From positions 90,001-122,000 of the forward strand of contig CP144768.1 of assembly GCA_036689225.1 (NCBI GenBank): a stretch of 32,000 bases of DNA. Reading direction: 5' to 3'. The notes below the pieces were generated by a model, which was not told where the DNA came from, did no database searches, and saw nothing but the letters and a program-made list of their open reading frames with translations. Both the position numbers and the translations under genes were made by a program. Shown here piece after piece: positions 21,572 through 30,564 of the stretch. This DNA comes from Candidatus Saccharimonadota bacterium. GTDB lineage: Bacteria > Pseudomonadota > Gammaproteobacteria > Enterobacterales > Enterobacteriaceae. Numbering within the stretch: the first letter of the stretch is position 1; the number at the start of each line of letters is the position of its first letter.

Positions 21572-23014
21572 ATGATTAAAAATAATTTTTTTTGTTTATT
21601 TTTAATATTAATTTTATTTAATAATAATTATGTTTATAGTAATAAAAAAATAATTTTAAATTATTCTAAATTATTTAAAATTAATAATAATAATAATAAT
21701 AATTGTAATTTTTTAAATAATGTTTGTTCTTCATTAGTTTTAATAAAATCACGAATATTTTCTTTTAAAAATATTTATTATAAATATAATAATATTTTAA
21801 ATTTTAAATATTATTTAAATTTTTTAAAATATAAAAAATATAATAATAATTTTAATTTTTATATTAAAAAAAATAATTTTTTTAAAAAAAAAAATAGATC
21901 TTATTATTATAGTTTTGGTACTGGTATTATTATTGATAATATTAATGGTTATATTATTACTAATAGTCATGTTATTGATATGAGTAATGATATATTAATA
22001 AAATTAAATGATGGTAGAGAATATTCTGCATTTTTAGTTGGACAAGATAAATATGTTGATATAGCTGTTTTAAAAATTAAAAATTTTAAAAATATTAATT
22101 CTATTAAAATAGGAAATTCTGATAATTTATATTTGGGGGAAAAAATTTTTTCTTTAGGTTATCCTTATAATTTAAATTTATCTATTACTTCTGGTATAAT
22201 TTCTGGTTTAAATAGAAATAATATAGGTATACAAAAATATGAAAATTTTATTCAAACTGATTCTTTAATTAATTCTGGTAATTCAGGTGGTGCTTTAATA
22301 AATATTAAAGGAGAATTAATAGGTATTAATACTGCTGCATTAGTTTCTAATAATGGAAATAATTTAGGTATAAGTTTTTCTATACCTATTAATATGATAA
22401 AAAATATTGTAAATCAAATTATTAAAATAGGAGAATCTAAACATATAAATTTTGGTTTTTTTGCTATTAATATAGATAATAATATAAAAAAAATAAAAAA
22501 TATTTATAATAATTTTGGAGTATTTATTACTTATATAAAAAAAAATTCTTTATTTAATAAATATAAAATATTTGTTGGTGATATTATATTATTTATTAAT
22601 AATAAATTTGTTTTATCTTTAGAAGATTTAAATTATAAATTATCTACATTTTTAGTAGGTGATTATATTAATATAGGTTTATTAAGAAAAAATAAATTAA
22701 TATATAAAAAAATATTTTTATTTAATGATGATAAAAATATTTATAATTTTGATATTTTATATAATAATTTTAAAAATTTAGGTTTAACTACATATAATTA
22801 TTTAAATTTAAATAAAAATAATATATATGGAGTATATATAAGTAAAATATTAAATAATAATAATTTTTTTAAAATTGGTGATATTATTATTAATATAAAT
22901 AATAAAAATATTAATAATTTATTAGATTTAAGAAAAATTTTATATTTAAAACCTAAATTTATTTTAATAAAATTATTACGTAACAGAAAATTTATTTATT
23001 ATTATTTAAAATAA
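21572..23014 (+). CDS. degP: periplasmic serine endoprotease DegP/DegQ (HtrA family)
   Basis: The gene is 480 aa with a signal-like N-terminus, MIKNNFFCLFLILILFNNNYVYS. The catalytic triad contexts are GTGIIIDNINGYIITNSHVI, DIAVLKI and YENFIQTDSLINSGNSGGALINIKGELIGINTA, the last nearly identical to E. coli DegP. Two PDZ-like C-terminal repeats are present (GDIILFINNK.., GDIIININNK..). The gene has no Trp codon at all. Confidence 0.9.
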   Translation: MIKNNFFCLFLILILFNNNYVYSNKKIILNYSKLFKINNNNNNNCNFLNNVCSSLVLIKSRIFSFKNIYYKYNNILNFKYYLNFLKYKKYNNNFNFYIKKNNFFKKKNRSYYYSFGTGIIIDNINGYIITNSHVIDMSNDILIKLNDGREYSAFLVGQDKYVDIAVLKIKNFKNINSIKIGNSDNLYLGEKIFSLGYPYNLNLSITSGIISGLNRNNIGIQKYENFIQTDSLINSGNSGGALINIKGELIGINTAALVSNNGNNLGISFSIPINMIKNIVNQIIKIGESKHINFGFFAINIDNNIKKIKNIYNNFGVFITYIKKNSLFNKYKIFVGDIILFINNKFVLSLEDLNYKLSTFLVGDYINIGLLRKNKLIYKKIFLFNDDKNIYNFDILYNNFKNLGLTTYNYLNLNKNNIYGVYISKILNNNNFFKIGDIIININNKNINNLLDLRKILYLKPKFILIKLLRNRKFIYYYLK

Positions 23015-23029
23015 TTATAATTTTATAAT

Positions 23030-24133
23030 ATGTGTTTAAAAAATAATTTATCATTAAAATGAAGACCAAAATTTTTTAAAGATTTTACTGGTCATAGTTA
23101 TATAATTAAAATATTAATTAATAGTTTAAAATTTAATAAAATACATAATTGTTATTTATTTTATGGTTCTCATGGTGTAGGAAAAACTAGTTTAGCTAGA
23201 GTTTTTTCTAAAAGTTTAAATTGTATTAAAGGTATTAATTATAATTTTTGTGGTAAGTGTTTAAATTGTATAAATATTGATTTAAATAAATCTTCTGATG
23301 TAATAGAAATAGATGCAGCTTCTAGAACTAAAATAGATGATATTAAAGAAATTTTAGATAAAATTTATTATTTACCAATTTCTATGCGTTATAAAATATA
23401 TATAATTGATGAAATACATATGTTATCTCGTTATAGTTTTAATTTTTTATTAAAAATATTAGAAGAACCTCCTAAACATGTAAAGTTTATTTTAGCTACT
23501 ACTGAAATTAATAAAATTCCTGATACTATTTTATCTAGATGTATATCTTTTTATTTAAAACCTTTAAATCAAAATAATATTATTAAAAGAATGAATTATA
23601 TTTTATTAAAGGAAAATATAAAAATAAATTTTAATATTTTAAAATTAATATCTTTATATTGTAAAGGTAGTATGAGAGATGCTTTGAATATTTTAGATAA
23701 ATTATTTATGTTAAATTTAAATAATAATTTTTCTATTAAAAATATATATTCATTATTAGATATAGTAAATTATAAATGAATATTATTATTAATGAAGTAT
23801 TTGTTTATTAAAAATAAAAAAATATTTTTTTTATTATATAAATTAAATAATTTAGATATAAATTATAATAATTTTTTAGTAATTTTAATTGAAAATATTC
23901 ATAATTTATTATTTTTATTTTTATATCCAAATTATATAAATTATTTAGATAAACATTATATAAATATTAAAATTTTAATGAACTTAAAAAAATTAATAAA
24001 TTTAAAAGATATTATATTTTATTATAAATTATTTTTATTATGTAAAAAAAATATATCAATTATTGATAATAAAAAAATTATTTTTGAATTTTATGTTATT
24101 AGAGCTTATATATATAAAAATTTTTTTTTATAG
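23030..24133 (+). CDS. dnaX: DNA polymerase III clamp-loader subunit DnaX, short (gamma-like, domains I-III only)
   Basis: The gene is 367 aa with two internal TGAs. LSLKW-RPKFFKDFTGH, YLFYGSHGVGKTSLAR, the Zn module NC..FCGKCLNC, IEIDAASRTKIDD, IYIIDEIHMLS, FNFLLKILEEPPKHVKFILATTE, ILSRC and GSMRDALN parallel the E. coli DnaX N-terminal two thirds. The stop is TAG at 24131-24133. Confidence 0.92.
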
Positions 24134-24219
24134 TTATTAATTTATAGTAAAAAAATATTTTATTTGTTAATATATTATTAAATTAAATTTATTTATTCAA
24201 ATATAATATAGGAAATATA

Positions 24220-26094
24220 ATGAAAAAAGAAATTCATGTTTTTAAATCAGAAATAAAAGAATTATTGAATATTATGATAAATTCTTTATATTCTAATAAA
24301 GAAATTTTTTTAAGAGAATTAATTTCAAATTCTTCTGATGCTATAGATAAATTAAAATTTTATTATAATAATAATAATATAAATTTAAATAATGATTTTT
24401 TTATTAAAATTTATATAAATAATAATAATTTAATTATTAGTGATAATGGAATTGGTATGAATAAAAAGGAATTAATTAATAATTTAGGTAAAATAGCTAA
24501 ATCAGGTACAAAAGAATTTTTAAATAAATATATTAATTTAAATAATAAAAATAATTTAAATATGATAGGCCAATTTGGTGTTGGTTTTTATTCTTCATTT
24601 ATGGTATCTAATGAAGTTTTTGTTCATACTAAATCTATTTATGATAAAGAAAATGGATATTTATGAAATTCTGATGGTCATGGTAAATATACTATTATTA
24701 AAAAAAAAAAAGATTATGTTGGTACTGATGTTATATTAAATATAAAAGATTCTTGTAAAAATTTTTTAATTGAATCTAATATAAAAAAAATTGTAATTAA
24801 ATATTCTAATTATGTTAATGTTCCTATTAAAATTAAATATTTTAATAAAAAAGAAAATAAATATATATTAAAACAAATTAATATATCTAATGCTTTATGA
24901 ATTGAAAATAAAAATAATATATCTAATAAAGAATATATTGATTTTTATCATTCATTGACTAATAATTTAGGAAATCCATTAATTTGATCACATAATAGAG
25001 TTGAAGGAAAAAATGATTATATTAGTTTAATTTATATACCTAGTATTTCTCCTTGAAATATATGAAATAGAGATGAATATAAAAATGGTATTAAATTATA
25101 TATAAATAGAATTTTTGTTATGGATAGTATTACTAAAATAGTACCTTTTTATTTAAGATTTATTCAAGGTATAATAGATACTAATGATTTACCTTTAAAT
25201 ATTTCTCGTGAAATATTACAAAATAGTGATTTTATTAATATTTTACGTGTTTCTATAACTAATAAAGTATTAAAAATGTTAAATAAATTATCTTTAAATA
25301 AAGATAATTATTTTATTTTTTGAAAAGAATTTGGAAATATTTTTAAAGAAGGTTTAGCTGAAGATCAATCTAATAATTATAAAATATCTTTATTATTAAG
25401 ATTTTCTTCTACTTATTATAATTCTGAAAAAAAATATGTTTCTTTAGAAGATTATTTAAATCGTATGATACCTGGTCAAGATAAAATTTTTTATATTATT
25501 TCTGATAATTATTTATCTTCTTTTAATAGCCCTCATTTAGAAATATATCGTAAAAAAAATATAGAAGTATTATTAATGTATAATAGAATAGATGAATGAA
25601 TGATGTCTTATTTAAATGATTTTAAAGGAATAAAATTTTGTTCTATAAATAAAAATGATATTAATATTTCTAATAATATTATTTCTTTAAATAAATCTGA
25701 AATTATATATAATAATAAAAATAATTTAGATAATTTTATATTAAAAGTAAAAAATGTATTATTAAAATATAACATTAAAGATGTTATATTAACTAATAAG
25801 TTAGATAATTTTCCTGTTGTTGTTACTACATCTGTTAATGAAATTAGTACTCAAATGTCTAAATTATTATCTGCTGTTGGAAAATCTATTCCTGAAATAA
25901 AATATTTATTGGAAATAAATCCTAATCATATTTTAATAAAATATATTAGTAATATTAAAGATAATTTTTTATTTAAAAAATGAATTTATTATTTATTTTA
26001 TCAAGCATTATTAATTGAAACTAATTCTTTAGATAATCCTACTAAATTTATTAATATTATTAATGATATATTATCTAAATTAATTATGAATTAA
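24220..26094 (+). CDS. htpG: molecular chaperone HtpG (Hsp90)
   Basis: The gene is 624 aa, the length I recall for E. coli HtpG, joined over 8 TGAs. FKSEIKELLNIMINSLYSNKEIFLRELISNSSDAIDKL, ISDNGIGM, IAKSGTKEF, IGQFGVGFYSSFMV, LPLNISREILQ and IFYIISD are present. The stop is TAA at 26092-26094. Confidence 0.96.
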
Positions 26095-26242
26095 TTTTTT
26101 ATATTAATTAATTTTATTTTATTTTTTAAAAAAAATAAAATGTTAAAATTATTTTTAATTTAAAATTAATTTATTTATAATATTTTTTATATAAATCTTA
26201 TTTAAGATATATTTAATAATTTAGTTTTAAATAATGTATAAT

Positions 26243-26270
26243 TATTTTTTATAATATATTATAAAAAATA
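26243..26270. repeat. 28-bp perfect palindrome in the htpG/recA convergent spacer
   Basis: Read directly from the sequence: TTATTTTTTATAATA|TATTATAAAAAATAA. It is flanked by an imperfect inverted repeat, 26218..26235 AATTTAGTTTTAAATAAT versus 26311..26327 ATTATTTAAACTAAATT, with a one-base indel. Its function is unknown and it could be a bidirectional terminator. Confidence 0.6.
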
Positions 26271-26395
26271 TTTTTTATTTAATAATTATTTATTAATAAT
26301 TTTATTAAATATTATTTAAACTAAATTATTATTTTATATTTATTATTTTTTTATTATTATATATATAATATATAATAATTTTTTTTTAAAATATT

Positions 26396-27382
26396 TTAAA
26401 TATTTTTTTTTTTTTTTATATTATTTAATATTTCTATATATATTTTTTTATTTTTTTTTATAAATTTTGATGAATTTATTTTACCTTGTCCTAATTTAAT
26501 ATTATTATAATAATATCAAGTAGATTTTTTTTTTATTATATTATATTTAACTCCTACATTTAATATATCTTCATATATATTTATTCCTTTATTATATAAT
26601 ATTTGAAATTTTGCTTCTTTAAATGGAGAAGATAATTTATTTTTTACTATTTTTACTTTTATTTCATTTCCTATTATATTTTCTTTTTTTTTTATAATTC
26701 CTATTTTTCTTATATCCATTCTAATAGAAGAGTAAAATTTTAAAGCATTTCCTCCAGTAGTAGTTTCTGGATTACCAAATAATATTCCTATTTTTATTCT
26801 AATTTGATTTATAAATATTAATAATATATTAGATTTACATATATTTTTTGCTAATTTTCTCATAGCTTGACTCATCATTCTAGCAGATAAACCTATATGA
26901 GAATCTCCTATATTTCCTTCTATTTCTATTTTTGGTGTTAATGCTGCTACTGAATCTACTATTATTATATCTATAATTTTTTTTTTTGCTAATGAATTAC
27001 AAATTTCTAAAGCTTGTTCTCCATTATCTGGTTGAGAAAATAATAATTTTTCTATATTAACTCCAATTTTTTTTGCATAATTTGGATCTAGTGCATGTTC
27101 TGCATCTATAAATATACATTTTTTATTTTTTTTTTGTGCTGATGCTATTATTTCTAATGTTAATGTTGTTTTTCCAGATGATTCTGGACCATATATTTCT
27201 ATTATTCTACCTAAAGGTAATCCTCCTATACCTAATGCTATATCTAAAGATATAGAACCTGTTGATATTGTTTTTATATTTTTATATATTTTATTATTAT
27301 TTAATTTCATTATAGATCCTTTACCAAATTTATTTTCTATATATTTTATAGTATTATCTATTGATTTATTATTTTTATTCAT
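26396..27382 (-). CDS. recA: recombinase RecA
   Basis: The gene is 328 aa. [72 protein letters not shown] and [16 protein letters not shown] are present. TGA at 26516-26518 is the conserved Trp (..[16 protein letters not shown]. coli GAWYSYKGEKIGQGK). The stop is TAA at 26396-26398. Confidence 0.97.
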
Positions 27383-27478
27383 TTTTTTGTATATATGTAA
27401 TAATTTATATATTATTATATAATATTAATATATTTAGTTAATATATAAATAATTTTATTTAATATAAATTTTAAAATT

Positions 27479-30163
27479 ATGTTTAAAAGTTTTAATGAAA
27501 TACGTTATTTATTTATAGATTTTTTTAAATCTAAAAATCATTTTTTAATTGATAGTAGTTCTTTAATTCCTGAAGATAATAGTTTATTATTTACAAATGC
27601 AGGTATGAATCAATTTAAAAATATTTTTTTAGGTTTAAAGAAAAGTTTATTTAAAGAAGTAGTTACTATACAACGTTGTTTAAGAGTAGGTGGTAAACAT
27701 AATGATATAAATAATATAGGATATACATATAGACATAATACGTTTTTTGAAATGATGGGAAATTTTAGTTTTAATTCTTATTTTAGAAAAGAATCAATTT
27801 TATATGCTTGAGAATTATTAACTTCTAAAAAATGATTTGGATTAAATAAAAATAAATTAATTATTACTGTTAATATAAATGATTTTAAAACATATAAAAT
27901 ATGATCTAATATAATTAATATAAATAAAAATAATATTTTTTTAGTTGGTAAAAAATGTATTAATATAAATAAAAATTTAGATAATTTTTGACAAATGTCA
28001 GAATTTGGTCCATGTGGATATAGTACTGAAATATATTATAATATTAATTCTATTAAAGATATTAATAATTTTTTATTATATAAAGATACTAATAAATATT
28101 TAGAGATTTGAAATTTAGTTTTTATAGAATATAATATTATTAATAATAATAAAATTGTTTTTTTACCATATAAATCTGTTGATACAGGTATGGGTTTAGA
28201 AAGAATATCTTCAGTTTTACAAAATGTTATTTCAAATTTTGATATTGATATATTTATAAAATTAAAAAAATATATTTCTAATTTTTTAGATATTAAATTA
28301 AATAAAAAAAATTGTTTTATTTTTAATTTAATTTCTGATCATTTAAGATCTATTATATATCTAATAATAGATAATGTATTACCTTCTAATGAATATAGAG
28401 GCTATATATTAAGAAAAATTATTAGAAGAACTTTAACTTATATTTATTTATTATTAAAAAATAAAAATTTTATTTTAAATAAATTATTATATTTTATTAA
28501 AGATTGATTTTTTTATTATTATAATATAAATAATAAAAATATTTTTTTAAAAATTAAAAATATAGTTTTAAAAGAAGAAGAAAAATATTTTAATAATTTA
28601 TATAATAATTTAAATATTTTATATTTTTATTTAAAAAAAATAAATAATAAAAATAATATTTTAGATGGAAAAATTGTATTTTTATTATATGATACTTATG
28701 GTTTATATTTAGATATTATAATTGAAGTATGTAAATATAATAATATTAATATTGATTTTAAACAATTTTATTATTTATTAGATTTACAAAAAAAAAAATC
28801 TAAATTAAATAGTTCATTTAATGATTTTAATTTAAATATTAATAATTTAAATAATATTAAAAAAACTAAATTTTTAGGTTATAATATTAATTGTTGTTAT
28901 ACTAAAGTTATTAATATATTTTATAATAATATTCAAATTGATTATTTTGATAAAATTAATAAAAAAATAATAATTATATTATCTAGTACTGTTTTATATC
29001 CTGAATGTGGTGGACAAGTTGGAGATAGAGGTATTATATATAATAGTAATTTTAAATTTTTTGTTTATAATACTAAAATTTTAGGTAAATATATAATTCA
29101 TATTGGTAAATTAGAATATGGATTTATTAAAATTAATAATTTAGTAAAAGTAAAATATGATAATAAATATAGATTTGATATATCTTGTAATCATTCAGTT
29201 TGTCATATATTATTATATATTTTAAAAAAAATTTTTTCTAAAAATATTAAACAATGTGGTTCTTTTATAAAAAATAATTATTTTACTTTAGATTTTTATT
29301 ATAATTTTAATTTAGATAATATAAAAATATATAAAATAAATAAAAAAGTAAATGAAATAATATGAAAAAAATTAAATTTTTCAGAAAATTTTATAAAATT
29401 AAATGATATAAATAAAAAATTTATATTTTTAAATAAAAAAAAATATGCTCGTATTGTTAGTTTTGGTAATTATATAAATGATTATTGTTGTGGTACACAT
29501 ATTAATAATACTTGTAATATAAATTTATTTATAATTAAAAAACAATATAATATTTCTAATAATATAAAACGTATAAAAGCATTTACTAATTTATATGCAT
29601 TAAAATATATAAATAAAAATTTATTTTTTTTAAAAAATATTTATAAATTGTTATCTATAAATAAAAAAAATTTATATAAAAAAATATTATATATAAATAA
29701 ATATAAAGTAGAAAATAAAAAAAAAGAAAAATTAATATATAATATATTAATCAATAATATTTTATCTCAAATATTAATAAATGATATTATTAAATATATT
29801 AAAATAAATATTTTAATAAAAAGATTTTTTTATAATGATTTTTTAAATGAAAATATATTATTTATAATAATAAATAAATTAAAAGTTAAATTTAATTTAT
29901 CATTAATAATTTTTATATTAAAAATATGTAATATTAATAAATTAATTTTTTTTTTAAATAAAAATATATTATTTAATTTTAATTTAGATATTTTAAATAA
30001 TAAATTTATTAATATTAAATTTGATAGAATTATAAAAAAAAATAATTTTTTTATAGAATTTTTTAATATTTTATATTTGAAAGATAATTTTAATTTATCT
30101 AAAATAATAAAATTTGTTAAATTTAAGTTGTTAAATTTTAATAAAAATATTATTATTAAATAA
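27479..30163 (+). CDS. alaS: alanine--tRNA ligase
   Basis: The gene is 894 aa, joined across in-frame TGAs. [51 protein letters not shown] and YAW-ELLTSKKW-F are present, with TGAs at 27809-27811 and 27833-27835 on the two Trp of E. coli [28 protein letters not shown] and [16 protein letters not shown] are also present, and the editing-domain motifs HSVCH and CCGTH are kept. The C-terminal domain is very divergent. Confidence 0.96.
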
Positions 30164-30175
30164 TAAGGATATAAA

Positions 30176-30361
30176 ATGCTTATTTTAACTCGTAGAATTG
30201 GTGAAACATTAATTATTAAAGATGATATAATTATAACAGTTTTAGCAATTAAAGGTAATCAAGTACGTATAGGAATTAATGCTCCTAAAAATATTTCTGT
30301 TCATAGAAAAGAAATATATATAAAAATTATTAAAAAAAAAAAAAATATTTTAAATAAATAA
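30176..30361 (+). CDS. csrA: carbon storage regulator / translational repressor CsrA
   Basis: [48 protein letters not shown] closely matches E. coli Csr[54 protein letters not shown] lies upstream of the ATG at 30165-30169. Confidence 0.96.
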   Translation: MLILTRRIGETLIIKDDIIITVLAIKGNQVRIGINAPKNISVHRKEIYIKIIKKKKNILNK

Positions 30362-30381
30362 TTTTATATTTTTAATTATTT

Positions 30382-30467
30382 GGTGAGATGACCGAGTGGT
30401 TTAAGGTGCTCCTCTGCTAAGGGAGAATGCTTAAAAAGCATCGAGGGTTCGAATCCCTCTCTCACCT
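30382..30467 (+). tRNA. serV: tRNA-Ser (anticodon GCU)
   Basis: I folded the cloverleaf by hand. The acceptor stem is GGTGAGA/TCTCACC and the anticodon stem is CTCCT/GGGAG, with loop CT-GCT-AA (GCT at 30416-30418). The long variable arm is ATGCTTAAAAAGCAT and the T arm is GAGGG-TTCGAAT-CCCTC. It is very similar to E. coli serV. The 3' CCA is not encoded, since TTTT follows. Confidence 0.93.
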
Positions 30468-30475
30468 TTTATAAT

Positions 30476-30548
30476 ACATCCGTAACTCAGTGGATAGAGT
30501 ACTCGGCTACGAACCGAGTTGTCAGGGGTTCGAATCCTCTCGGATGTG
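30476..30548 (+). tRNA. argV: tRNA-Arg (anticodon ACG)
   Basis: ACATCCGTAACTCAGTGGATAGAGTACTCGGCTACGAACCGAGTTGTCAGGGGTTCGAATCCTCTCGGATGTG is near-identical in layout to E. coli tRNA-Arg(ACG), GCATCCGTAGCTCAG..GAGTACTCGGCTACGAACCGAG..GGTTCGAATCC... The anticodon ACG is at 30509-30511. CCA is not encoded. The gene begins 8 nt after tRNA-Ser. Confidence 0.95.
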
Positions 30549-30564
30549 TTTTTTTAAAAATATT

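Noticed and set aside
27383-27478. A LexA/SOS box (CTGT-N8-ACAG) in the recA/alaS divergent promoter region.
   Set aside because: Neither strand has CTGT..ACAG. The nearest string, TGTATATATGTAA, is not the palindrome.
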